DNA of 64,000 nt from a bacterium (GTDB taxonomy: Bacteria; Bacillota_I; Bacilli_A; RF39; UBA660). Location: assembly GCA_022779465.1 (NCBI GenBank), contig JALFTB010000018.1, positions 8,773 to 72,772 on the forward strand, written 5' to 3'. This document shows positions 45,786-55,427 of the stretch, piece by piece (position 1 is the stretch's first letter; each line of letters begins with the position of its first letter). A program made the translations under genes and the position numbers. A model generated the notes under the pieces. It saw nothing but the letters and a program-made list of their open reading frames with translations, made no database searches and had not been told where the DNA came from.

Positions 45786-46272
45786 TGTTTATTCATCTAA
45801 GGATTTGAGTGATAATCAATTTGCAAAGATGTATGAAATATTAATAAATAATTTGTTTAAAACTTATCCTGAGTTTTTGGATGATAAAGATAAGCATGAT
45901 AATAAGGATAATTATAATAATTTGTTCAATTCTATAAAAACGTCAGAGCAATATAATGTGATATGTCTTGAAGAAAGAGATTTGGTAATTGGGTATTTAA
46001 GTTATTCTGTGATAAATGATGAACTTTGGATAAGTGAGATTCAGATTAGAGAAGAGTATCAAGGTAAGGGTGTTTTAAGAAAACTTATCGGAAAGTTTGT
46101 AAGTATGCCGGAATTAAACAGTTATGAATATATAAAAATACATATTAATAAGAGGAACATTCATTCACAGGAAGTTTTTGGTCATATTGGATTTGAAAAG
46201 ATAGGTGAAAGTACAATTTATAAAATTGATACTGATAATTTAATAAAATGGAATCAAAAAAACATATATTAG
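45778..46272 (+). CDS. GNAT-family N-acetyltransferase
   Basis: Motif A 'IREEYQGKGVLRKLI'. 8-nt overlap with the upstream gene. Confidence 0.75.
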   Translation: MLNVYSSKDLSDNQFAKMYEILINNLFKTYPEFLDDKDKHDNKDNYNNLFNSIKTSEQYNVICLEERDLVIGYLSYSVINDELWISEIQIREEYQGKGVLRKLIGKFVSMPELNSYEYIKIHINKRNIHSQEVFGHIGFEKIGESTIYKIDTDNLIKWNQKNIY

Positions 46273-46310
46273 CAAAGTATATGTTTTTTTCATACAATAT
46301 TTTAGGTGAT
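46255..46310 (+). promoter_or_regulatory. terminator hairpin, then CATACAATA -10-like box, then GGTGAT RBS (copy 1 of a shared element)
   Basis: AACATATA-N9-TATATGTT hairpin and T7. The string ATGTTTTTTTCATACAATA-N5-GGTGAT recurs at 55398-55427. Confidence 0.5.
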
Positions 46311-46314
46311 GTAT

Positions 46315-47526
46315 ATGGCTATAAAAAGTGTAGTTATTGATGCGGGACATGGTGGAGCTGATAATGGTGCATCAGGCAATGGTATTATTGAAAAGAATTT
46401 AACTTTAGATATAAGTAAATATATGTATGACAGGTTTAAAGAATTGGGAGTACCAGTAAAGATGACTAGAACTAGTGATGTGGATTTGGATGCAAATGCT
46501 AGACCTAAAGTTGTATTGGATCAATATGGTAATGGTAAGGATGTAATAGTGTTATCTAATCACATAAATGCAGGAGGTGGCGAAGGCGCTGAAGTAATAT
46601 ATGCACTACGTAATAGAGACACTTTAGCTGCTAAGATAATTAATGAATTAGAGAAATCTGGTCAAGTTGTTAGAAAGTATTATCAAAGACGTTTACCTAG
46701 TAATACCTCTAAAGATTATTATTATATTATTCGTAATACTCCTAATACTGAAGCTTTAATTGTTGAATATGGTTTTTTAGATAATGTTAATGATGCTAAT
46801 AGGCTTAAAAATAATTATAAAGATTATGCCGAAGCTGTAGTTAGAGCTGTAACTGAATATGCTGGATATAAGTATGTTCCTAAAACTGCAAGTGGATATT
46901 ATGTTGTTAAAAAAGGAGATACTTTATGGAGTATTGCTAAAAATTATGGTTTAACTGTGGATAAACTTAAAGATATTAACAATTTATCTTCTAATTCTTT
47001 AAATATTGGTGACGTTTTACTAGTTAAGGATAATAGTGTTCCTTCTAATACTGAAGAACTTACTGGTTATGAATATTATACTGTTAAAAAGGGAGATACA
47101 TTGTATGGTATTGCTAGTAAATATGGTTTAACTGTTGCTGAACTTAAAAAATATAATAATTTAGATAGTAATACTTTGGCAATCGGTCAAAAGTTAATTG
47201 TTGGTGAAACTAGTTCTTCAAATGTTTATGTTGTTAAGAAGGGTGATACTTTATATGGTATTGCTAGGGAATTTAATGTTAGTGTTGATGAGATAAAGAA
47301 AGCTAATGGATTAAGTAGTAATACACTTACGATAGGAATGTCTTTAATTATTCCTAGTGAAAGTAATGATCAAAATATAAGTACTACTGTGTATACTGTT
47401 AAAAAAGGAGATACTTTATATAATATTGCTAAAAATTATAATGTTAGTGTAGATGAAATTAAATCTTTAAATAATTTAAGTTCTAATGTCTTGAGTATTG
47501 GTCAAAAATTAACTATTCCTATTTAG
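46315..47526 (+). CDS. N-acetylmuramoyl-L-alanine amidase (Amidase_3) with four LysM domains
   Basis: 'VVIDAGHGGADNGASGNG' and 'LSNHINAGGGEGAEVIY'. Four copies of 'Y.VKKGDTL..IA..Y(G/N)..V.E(L/I)K..N.L.S..L.IGQ.L'. Confidence 0.92.
   Translation: MAIKSVVIDAGHGGADNGASGNGIIEKNLTLDISKYMYDRFKELGVPVKMTRTSDVDLDANARPKVVLDQYGNGKDVIVLSNHINAGGGEGAEVIYALRNRDTLAAKIINELEKSGQVVRKYYQRRLPSNTSKDYYYIIRNTPNTEALIVEYGFLDNVNDANRLKNNYKDYAEAVVRAVTEYAGYKYVPKTASGYYVVKKGDTLWSIAKNYGLTVDKLKDINNLSSNSLNIGDVLLVKDNSVPSNTEELTGYEYYTVKKGDTLYGIASKYGLTVAELKKYNNLDSNTLAIGQKLIVGETSSSNVYVVKKGDTLYGIAREFNVSVDEIKKANGLSSNTLTIGMSLIIPSESNDQNISTTVYTVKKGDTLYNIAKNYNVSVDEIKSLNNLSSNVLSIGQKLTIPI
46894..47520 (+). repeat. four tandem LysM-coding repeat units
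   Basis: Repeated DNA blocks beginning 'gttaaaaa(a/g)ggagatac(t/a)tt(a/g)t(a/g)tgg' and separated by S/N/T-rich linkers. Confidence 0.75.
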
Positions 47527-47585
47527 GAATGGTTTTTTTATGGTTTAATATATGTTATGATTATTAATAGAAAGGAATGGATATT

Positions 47586-47996
47586 ATGGATATGTATGAT
47601 TATAGTTATTTAGGAGAAACTAGTAGTACTAGTTCTTTAGCAGGTAGTTTAGTTTGGACTATAATTGCTGTAGTACTTGCTGTTATTGGCGGAATTGCTT
47701 TATATTTTACAGTATTTAGTAAAAATAATGAAAAAAAGTATACTGGATTCATGGCTAAATTATATGAGTGGTTTCAATTTAAATATTTTGTAATTGATGA
47801 TTTATTTAGAATAACTTATATTGTTAGTGCACTTGCTTTAACTTTATTATCATTTAATTTAATTTCAACTAGTTTCTTATCATTTATTTTAGTTTTAGTA
47901 CTTGGTAATATAGGATTAAGAGTTTCTTTTGAATTATTAATGTTGTTTACTGAGATGTGTTATAACATTAGATCTATTAATAAAAAGATGAAATAA
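47586..47996 (+). CDS. hypothetical membrane protein (DUF4282-like, tentative)
   Basis: Hydrophobic spans. 'MAKLYEWFQFKYFVIDDLFRITYIV' resembles the DUF4282 pattern. Start ambiguous (47577 or 47586). Confidence 0.55.
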   Translation: MDMYDYSYLGETSSTSSLAGSLVWTIIAVVLAVIGGIALYFTVFSKNNEKKYTGFMAKLYEWFQFKYFVIDDLFRITYIVSALALTLLSFNLISTSFLSFILVLVLGNIGLRVSFELLMLFTEMCYNIRSINKKMK

Positions 47997-48023
47997 AAAA
48001 ACCATTATATAATGGTTTTTTTT
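47995..48023. terminator. bidirectional terminator
   Basis: AAAAAACCATTAT-AT-AATGGTTTTTT palindrome between convergent genes. Confidence 0.7.
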
Positions 48024-49920
48024 ATTGAGTTTCTTCAACAGTACTTGAAGTAGTTGTTGTAGTTGGTTTAACGACAGGATTGTTTTTACATACTTTAACA
48101 TTTAAGGTCATTCCTTTTGTTATTAAAGTTCCTTTATGAACGTTTTGACTTAGTATTTGATTATTCATACATGTTGTACTTTCTTGATATTCTTTGGTTA
48201 GAGTTATTTCTCTACCAGATACCCATGATTCTAAATAACCAATAGTGCTACCTACAAAGTTTGGCATCGTTTCATTTCTTTGACCAGTTGTATAAATCTT
48301 ACCGATAACTGGTACTTTGTATTCTTCATTTACTGAGAAGTTAAATGTTTTAATTAAGGTTGGTTTAGTAATTTCTAGATTTTCTTTCATGGCTTTTACT
48401 ATTTCATCTAAACTTTCTTTATTATATTGGAAAGTATACATATTATAACCTTGGAATATTGTTAAATCATATCCTGTAAGATATGTTTTTTGGATGTTAA
48501 TGAAATCGTTAGCTGAGAAGTTTTCACTTGTTATAATTGTTTTAAATACGTTATAGAAGTTTAATATTTCTTTTGGATCCATATTTGTATCAATGTTATT
48601 TGAAACAGCATTTAGTACTTTATAAAATGTGTTTACATCTCTTATTGTTTTAGCTTTATTAGCGATAGCTGTTACAACTGCTTGTTGATGTTCGATACGT
48701 TTAAAATCTGATAGTGCCCATTGGTGTCTATTACGAGCATAAGCAAGAGCTTGTTCGCCATTTAAAGTTTTATTCTTACCTGGTTCGATAAATACTAAGT
48801 TGTTACCAAATTGACGATTTGAATTTTGTTCACAAATCTTTCCTTTACAATCTACTCTTAAATTTTTACTGAAATCTGGTTTATCAATATCCATTGTGAT
48901 ACCACCCAAAGCATTAACTAGAGCAACAACTCCTTTGAAGTTAATTTTTACATAGTAGTCGATATTAATATCTGTTAGGTTGTGAATTGTATCTATCATA
49001 CATTTGGTACCATAAGCTGCTGCTGAATTTATTTTGTGTCCTTTATTATTGTTACATGCGATAGGTACATATGTATCTCTTGGAATACTAAACATAGTTG
49101 CAGATAATGTTTTAGGATTAAATGTTACTAACATGATTGAGTCACCATTAAATGCGGCGTTATTTGATAATCCATCATATTCAGAGTCTACACCAAGAAG
49201 TAATACAGTAAATGGTTCAGTTACAGATTTATTAGTTGATTCTACTGTATCTTGATTATTTAATTTTTTACTAAATTCTGCTAATTCTACGGTATCTGTA
49301 GCAATATTTGCAAATTTTTCCGTTTCTCGATATTTAATTTTGTAGTTTGAACCAATAAAGATCGCATCAACTTTTTTATCGTATAAAGCTTCTAACAATT
49401 TATAATAATCTTCATAGTAAACTATTTTGTATTTTAAATTATTTGTTGCAATATATTCTTGAGGTAAGGTATATCCTTCTATATCATTTTCATTTTTAAT
49501 TAGTCCAATTGTTTTAATATTAACATCTTTTGATAGTGCGATTAATTTTGTTGTGTATATAACTTTTTCTTTACTAGTATTATCTACAATTTGATAAGTT
49601 TTGTTGATGTAGTAATATGCAAATACGTTACCGACAGCAAATATTAAGGTTAATATAGTTACTATGATTAATTTGGTATGCTTTTTAGTTATAAGAGTTG
49701 TTAATCCAAATATTAGATAAATAAATAAATAAATAAATAATATTAAGATAATAATGGCTCTTATAAAGGTTTCGATACCGGCAAGTAAAAGAATACTATA
49801 AGATAGTAAACAAATGCTTATTAAATATAGTATAAATGTTATATAAAAGGTTATTCTAAAACCTAATTTTGTTTTATGTAATTTTTTAAATAAATTTTTG
49901 AATTTTCTATTCTTTTTCAT
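48022..49920 (-). CDS. LytR-CpsA-Psr (LCP) family phosphotransferase with extra N-terminal ectodomain and C-terminal PASTA-like domain
   Basis: LCP core 'FTVLLLGVDS...NGDSIMLVTFNPKTLSATMFSIPRDTYVPI'. C-terminal 'MPNFVGSTIGYLESWVSGREITLTKEY...QILSQNVHKGTLITKGMTLNVKV' fits the PASTA pattern. N-terminal TM bundle. Confidence 0.85.
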   Translation of the reverse strand: MKKNRKFKNLFKKLHKTKLGFRITFYITFILYLISICLLSYSILLLAGIETFIRAIIILILFIYLFIYLIFGLTTLITKKHTKLIIVTILTLIFAVGNVFAYYYINKTYQIVDNTSKEKVIYTTKLIALSKDVNIKTIGLIKNENDIEGYTLPQEYIATNNLKYKIVYYEDYYKLLEALYDKKVDAIFIGSNYKIKYRETEKFANIATDTVELAEFSKKLNNQDTVESTNKSVTEPFTVLLLGVDSEYDGLSNNAAFNGDSIMLVTFNPKTLSATMFSIPRDTYVPIACNNNKGHKINSAAAYGTKCMIDTIHNLTDINIDYYVKINFKGVVALVNALGGITMDIDKPDFSKNLRVDCKGKICEQNSNRQFGNNLVFIEPGKNKTLNGEQALAYARNRHQWALSDFKRIEHQQAVVTAIANKAKTIRDVNTFYKVLNAVSNNIDTNMDPKEILNFYNVFKTIITSENFSANDFINIQKTYLTGYDLTIFQGYNMYTFQYNKESLDEIVKAMKENLEITKPTLIKTFNFSVNEEYKVPVIGKIYTTGQRNETMPNFVGSTIGYLESWVSGREITLTKEYQESTTCMNNQILSQNVHKGTLITKGMTLNVKVCKNNPVVKPTTTTTSSTVEETQ

Positions 49921-49980
49921 ACTAGCACCCTATTTTAGATTATACTATAAATTTAAATATAAATAAAGAAATTTTAATGC

Positions 49981-50010
49981 AAAAAAAAACAAGTTTTACC
50001 TTGTTTTTTT
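49981..50010 (-). terminator. rho-independent terminator of the YfhO-LtaS gene
   Basis: The minus-strand RNA forms an AAAAACAAG-GTAAAA-CTTGTTTTT hairpin that includes the stop codon. A U-run follows. Confidence 0.65.
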
Positions 50011-53000
50011 AGCAAAATAATCAGATTTGATAACGGCATCATTTAATGACATTTTTCTTTTTACGATTGAATTATATTTTTGAAGTTTTTCATCGCTAAT
50101 TTTTCTTCCTTTATAGTATTCACCATTTGTTACATAAGTTTGACCATTATACCAAGAACCATCTGGGAAGAATACTAATGGGTCATAATCATTTGATAAG
50201 ATATCTCTACCAATATAATTATTTGGATAATATGTAATTCCGAATAAATTTAAAATTGTTGGAAGAATATCTAATTGTGAATTAACATTTTTTACAGTTT
50301 TCTTAATTTCACCATTATGATAAATCATAAATGGAGTTTTATTAATAAGATTTGTATCTGTTTCTTTATATTCGTCTAATAAACTTTTATTTTCAAGAGT
50401 ATAAACATAATGATCTGAGAATAAAACTAATACAGTGTTTTCCATCATGTTCTTTTCTTTTAATGTTTCTAAGATTAAATTTAACATATCATCTGTTTCT
50501 TTTGCTTGAATTTTTAAACATTCATATTCAGTTAATCCTTGTTTATCTGTTAACATTGGACATGTACCTTTTGTTGTTTTGTAAGGCATGTGTGCAGAAT
50601 AAGTAATTATATATGATAATGTTTTTTTATTTGGATTAAATATTTTTTCATTAAATGTTTCATTTTTTATTAATTCGGTATCTAACCAGAATTCATTATT
50701 TTCATAGATACCTAAATCTTTTAAACCGTTATATGAGTCATAACCAAATGCTTTATAATTAACGCCTCTAGAATAGTACTCTGATGAGTTCATATGGAAA
50801 GCATTTACTTCATATCCTTGTTCTTTAAATAGATTTGCAAGAGAGTAAGCATAGGTATTTCTACTGAATGTATAAGCACTTTGATTGTAATTGTAAGCAC
50901 TTGAGTAACCAGTATTAACCATGAACTCTGAATTAAATGTTGAACCACCACCTGATGTATAACTAAAATGCTTTGTAAAGTTAATAGAGTTTCTAGATAG
51001 TTTATAGAAAGTTGGCATGATATTTTTATCTAGTAAGAAATCATCAACACTTTCAAGTTGCACTATAATTAAATTTTTATCTTTAAAGATGCCAGTATAT
51101 TTATTTGTTTCACTTTGTTTTAAATCTTTAAAGTTATCATTTAAAACTTCTTCTTCTTGTTTAGATAATTTGGTATTATCTTGCATGAAATTGATGTAGA
51201 AGTTTCTTACGTTATATTCAAACATACCAGATACCATTAAACTCTTATTGTTATCGTTATATGATGTGTATACACTTCTTGAATTACGCCAGTCATCCCA
51301 TTCAACATTTTTACGTTGAGGTCCAAAACCAAATGGTAAAATAAATTTTAATGTGATAAATATAATTATGATTAAAAATACTTTTAGACCATTAGTCTTT
51401 TTAACTTGATCGATTTTTTTAATACCTAATACAGTTAATGCAATACTTGCTAAGAAGATAATTATAATCCATAATGGAATATTTAATAAAACGGTAGATA
51501 AATAATCAGTTCCTTCACCCGCAACTTGCATGACACTATAATCAAAGAATTCTTTAAAGTATGAGAAATATATACTATGAACTAAGAACATTATTAATGA
51601 GAATATATAGAAAACAAAATATATAATTTTTCCTATAATACCTTTTATGTTTTTAGTTAATGTTAAGATAAATGTAATCCATACTAATGAGAATATATTT
51701 GGCATTGGATTGAACCAGTGATAATAGTTGATTTGATTGTTGTAGAATAATCTAAGTGATAAATCTAATATAAATAGTGATGCTCCAAGCAGAAGATATC
51801 CTTTGTTATTCTTAACAAATTTTTTTATATTTAAATTTAATTTTTTTATACATGATTTAATTTTATTGCCAATTTTTTGATATTGTTTTTTGTATTTATT
51901 GTAGAAAATTATTGGAATAAATAATACTAATCCAAGTAATGAAAGATATTTTCCAGTTTTAAATAATGGAGGATTATAAGTAATTTCTACTTTATGGGTT
52001 CCTTGAGTTATTTTAGCTCCGATAAAGGCTGTGTCAGTTTTAACTAAATCAGCTTTTTCTCCATCGATATAAATCTTATATCCTTTTTTCTCATATGGAA
52101 GGGTAATTTTTAAATATCCATCATTTTGAACGTTGATTGTGCCGCTTATATATGAATCAGTTAATTTTTCTTGATCAATAACTAATTCATCAATGTTTGT
52201 ATTTAAATTTTTAATTGTGTTGTAGTCAATTGTATAAAATTCTAGATCACTTATATCAAATTCGTCATTTGTAAATTCAATGTTTATTGTTTTTAGTGGT
52301 TCGTTTGATGATAATACGTATTCAAATGTATTATTGTTATTGTTGTATTTCCATTTATCACATGAAAGGGCATTTGTAACACCATTTATTGTGATGTTTG
52401 AACTACAAGCATATCCACTCTTAGCTTTATTCATATTGAATTTGATTATTAAAATTTGATTTTTAATTGGGGTTTTTAGTTCGATTTCAGCATTAGCATT
52501 TTTACCAGCTTTAATAATGTAATGACCATCTTTTTTAGAGTATTCTAAATTGTTTATTTTATTTATTTGATATTTTCCAGTATATTTTTTTATTGTTTTA
52601 TTTTTATAAACGTTTTCTAAACTTTCATCAACTATAACGTAGTTTAATAATGCATCTAATGTTTCTGGATATGTTAAGTTTTCAAATTCTCTTTGACTCA
52701 TTACTTTATTTGAAGCATAAGCAATGGGTAAGACATTTTCATTTTGATAAAGATTAATATTGTTTTCACTTTTAATTTTGGTGTAACCGATCGGAACATT
52801 ATCGCTTGATGAAACAATATATTTTGTGCCACTATAGATATCAAATAATATATTTGGAGTATCTGTTAAGGTTGTATTATCGCGGTTTATTTCTTCAATT
52901 TGGAAATATTCTCTCATGAATTTAAGATAGTATTTATTAGAAGTTGAAGAATAAATTGATGAACGATAACCGTTGTAAGTTTTATTTGGTGTATAGATGG

Positions 53001-54381
53001 TATTGTCTAAAATACTAGTTCTATATAAATTGTTATCTTTAATATTTGTAAGATTATAATATGCTTGATCATTAATATTTTTGATATCACTTATTTTAAG
53101 ATAATGTTCATTATATGAACTGATAGATGCAGTTGCAATTGTTATTAAAATAATAGGAATATAAATTAATTTTGGATGTTTATTTGATAGATATAAAGTT
53201 ATTGTTACTAAAACTATATCTATTAATAAAAGTGGTAAATTATTTACTTTTAAGGCTCCTAATATAATAAATAAAGAAATAATTAGTGAATATATTATTG
53301 TCTTTTTAATGTTAATTTCTTTTTTAGAGATTTGATTTAACAAGTTAGCAACGGTTAATATGGCTACTGGTAAAAATGGTATAAAGCATTTGCCATCAAC
53401 GTACATTAATCCGTTTAATAAATAACTACTTGCGGGAATAAACATAAATAAAGACATAATAATTGCTAAGAAAGTATTACTTTTTTTCTTTGATAAAAAT
53501 AAGTTAACAATAGAAATTATATATATAAATGTTACTCCCCAAGAATAATAACTACTATAGAAAGTTTTATTAAAATTACTAAATGGAATTAATAATTTTA
53601 AATAATTGATTGATTCAGCTACATTAGTTGACATTCTTCCTCTTGATAAAGCATAAATTGTTGGAAGTAAGATAATAGCAGATAATAGTATAGATATTAT
53701 TACATAATACATTATTTTAAATAATGATTTAAATGATTCTTTTTTAGTTTCAAGAATTTTGTATATTGTATAGATGCCAGTAATTATTATTCCTGAAAAA
53801 CTAAAATAGTAATTTGTTAATATTAATAATAAGGAAGAAATAATTAAAGGTATAGGTTTTTTCTTTTCTATATATAAATCGACACTTCTTAAAGCTAATA
53901 ACATAAATGGCATATATATTACAAACATAATATGTCTATGACATTGATATATATATGTTGAATTTAAAATTAACATTAGGGTACTAATGAAAGCTATTTC
54001 ACTATTATATTTATTATTAATCCATTTATAAAATAGGATAGATGAAGCAGTTATTGATAAGAAAACTGCTATTAACATGTATATATACATAGGTATAAAT
54101 GGTAATAAATAGGAAAGTAAAATTATAGGACTTAGTAAACCATAGTATGTAAAATAGAATATGTTTTGTCCCATTCCTAGATTTAAAGCTAAATGAGGAA
54201 TAAGATGTCCTGTTTTATAAAACATATTTCTAAAATATTCGGTAATTACTATGTGTTGATTTGCCCAGTCTATTTCTGAACCAAAAATGTATCCTTTACA
54301 TAATAAATAAATTATGAACCCGATTGGTATAATTAATGTTAATAATATATATAAATAATCCTTTTTATTTAACTTTTTCAT
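49996..54381 (-). CDS. fusion protein: YfhO-family glycosyltransferase-like membrane domain plus LtaS-type (sulfatase-fold) lipoteichoic acid synthase domain
   Basis: N-terminal 'DWANQHIVITEYFRNMFYKTGHLIPHLALNLGMGQNIFYFTYYGLLSPIILL' (YfhO-like). C-terminal five TM spans, then 'NLIIVQLESVDDFLL...FSYTSGGGSTFNSEFMVNTGY' (LtaS-like). ATG 54381 follows GAGGTG. Confidence 0.8.
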   Translation of the reverse strand: MKKLNKKDYLYILLTLIIPIGFIIYLLCKGYIFGSEIDWANQHIVITEYFRNMFYKTGHLIPHLALNLGMGQNIFYFTYYGLLSPIILLSYLLPFIPMYIYMLIAVFLSITASSILFYKWINNKYNSEIAFISTLMLILNSTYIYQCHRHIMFVIYMPFMLLALRSVDLYIEKKKPIPLIISSLLLILTNYYFSFSGIIITGIYTIYKILETKKESFKSLFKIMYYVIISILLSAIILLPTIYALSRGRMSTNVAESINYLKLLIPFSNFNKTFYSSYYSWGVTFIYIISIVNLFLSKKKSNTFLAIIMSLFMFIPASSYLLNGLMYVDGKCFIPFLPVAILTVANLLNQISKKEINIKKTIIYSLIISLFIILGALKVNNLPLLLIDIVLVTITLYLSNKHPKLIYIPIILITIATASISSYNEHYLKISDIKNINDQAYYNLTNIKDNNLYRTSILDNTIYTPNKTYNGYRSSIYSSTSNKYYLKFMREYFQIEEINRDNTTLTDTPNILFDIYSGTKYIVSSSDNVPIGYTKIKSENNINLYQNENVLPIAYASNKVMSQREFENLTYPETLDALLNYVIVDESLENVYKNKTIKKYTGKYQINKINNLEYSKKDGHYIIKAGKNANAEIELKTPIKNQILIIKFNMNKAKSGYACSSNITINGVTNALSCDKWKYNNNNNTFEYVLSSNEPLKTINIEFTNDEFDISDLEFYTIDYNTIKNLNTNIDELVIDQEKLTDSYISGTINVQNDGYLKITLPYEKKGYKIYIDGEKADLVKTDTAFIGAKITQGTHKVEITYNPPLFKTGKYLSLLGLVLFIPIIFYNKYKKQYQKIGNKIKSCIKKLNLNIKKFVKNNKGYLLLGASLFILDLSLRLFYNNQINYYHWFNPMPNIFSLVWITFILTLTKNIKGIIGKIIYFVFYIFSLIMFLVHSIYFSYFKEFFDYSVMQVAGEGTDYLSTVLLNIPLWIIIIFLASIALTVLGIKKIDQVKKTNGLKVFLIIIIFITLKFILPFGFGPQRKNVEWDDWRNSRSVYTSYNDNNKSLMVSGMFEYNVRNFYINFMQDNTKLSKQEEEVLNDNFKDLKQSETNKYTGIFKDKNLIIVQLESVDDFLLDKNIMPTFYKLSRNSINFTKHFSYTSGGGSTFNSEFMVNTGYSSAYNYNQSAYTFSRNTYAYSLANLFKEQGYEVNAFHMNSSEYYSRGVNYKAFGYDSYNGLKDLGIYENNEFWLDTELIKNETFNEKIFNPNKKTLSYIITYSAHMPYKTTKGTCPMLTDKQGLTEYECLKIQAKETDDMLNLILETLKEKNMMENTVLVLFSDHYVYTLENKSLLDEYKETDTNLINKTPFMIYHNGEIKKTVKNVNSQLDILPTILNLFGITYYPNNYIGRDILSNDYDPLVFFPDGSWYNGQTYVTNGEYYKGRKISDEKLQKYNSIVKRKMSLNDAVIKSDYFAKKTR

Positions 54382-54466
54382 AAACACCTCGACTGCAAGA
54401 ATTATACCATTTTTGGTTTTCTCATTCAATTGTATTGTGTTAAACTATAGTTAAGTAGGTGGTAAG

Positions 54467-55384
54467 ATGAAAAAATTAATAAATGGCAATAAAGTTTTAG
54501 TTATAAGTCATGAAGACGATATAGATGGTTTAGGTGGAGTTATTCTAGGTTATTTGGCTTTTAAAGACGTTGATTATATGTTAATACACATTAAAGAACA
54601 AACTGAAATTGTTGATTTTGTAAAAAATAGTAATTATGAAAAAGTGTTTATAACTGATTTAGGTTTAGATGATAAAATAGCAGATGAGATTAATGAATTA
54701 GGAATGAATATTTTACACTTCGATCATCATGAAACCAATGTGTATGCTAGTAAATATGCTTTTTCTACAGTTGAAATTCAAAGAAATGGAATTGGTACTT
54801 GTGGAACAGAATTGTTTTATTTGTACTTGAAAGAAAATAATTTACTTAAAGATAATGCTTTGATAAAAAGATTTATTGAAGATACAAGAGCATATGATAA
54901 TTGGGAATGGGTGAAAAATAAAAATATTGAAGCTAATGATTTAAATAAATTATTTAGTATTGTTGGAATTGATAACTATATTAGCAAAATGGTTGTTAAA
55001 TTAAGAAACAACAAAAAAGATATTTTTGATGAAACTGATAAATATTTAATAGAGTTACATACTCAGGAAGAAAATGAATTAATTGAATTATCTGATAAAT
55101 CTTTAATTATTAGAGAAAAAGATGGATTAAAATTTGGAATTGTATTTGGTAATAAGTTCTTTAGTATAATAGGTAATACTTTATGTAATAGACATCCAGA
55201 ATTAGATTATATGTTATTAATAGATCCACTTAATATGAAAGTTAGTTTAAGAAGCGTTAGAATTGATGTTTCTAAAGTTGCGGAATCATATGGTGGTGGC
55301 GGACATAAATATGCTGCTGGGTTCAGTTTAAATGAAGAAAAATTTAAATCTTTATTAAAAATTATAATTAATAGTGATAAATAA
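54467..55384 (+). CDS. DHH-family phosphoesterase (NrnA-like)
   Basis: 'VISHEDDIDGLGG', 'FDHHETN' (DHH motif) and the DHHA1 motif 'GGGHKYAAGF'. Confidence 0.85.
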   Translation: MKKLINGNKVLVISHEDDIDGLGGVILGYLAFKDVDYMLIHIKEQTEIVDFVKNSNYEKVFITDLGLDDKIADEINELGMNILHFDHHETNVYASKYAFSTVEIQRNGIGTCGTELFYLYLKENNLLKDNALIKRFIEDTRAYDNWEWVKNKNIEANDLNKLFSIVGIDNYISKMVVKLRNNKKDIFDETDKYLIELHTQEENELIELSDKSLIIREKDGLKFGIVFGNKFFSIIGNTLCNRHPELDYMLLIDPLNMKVSLRSVRIDVSKVAESYGGGGHKYAAGFSLNEEKFKSLLKIIINSDK

Positions 55385-55427
55385 ACATTCATATAGAATG
55401 TTTTTTTCATACAATAAAATGGGTGAT
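55383..55427 (+). promoter_or_regulatory. terminator hairpin, then CATACAATA box, then GGTGAT (copy 2 of the shared element)
   Basis: AAACATTC-ATATA-GAATGTTT hairpin and T-run, then the same 19-mer ATGTTTTTTTCATACAATA-N5-GGTGAT as at 46281-46310. Confidence 0.5.

Noticed and set aside
46281-46299. Treating the shared 19-mer (also at 55398-55416) as a mobile or repeat element.
   Set aside because: Ten of the 19 nt are a terminator tail (ATG plus T7), and the flanks do not match. In DNA this AT-rich, a chance 19-mer match within 64 kb is not negligible. It is therefore reported only as a possible shared regulatory box.
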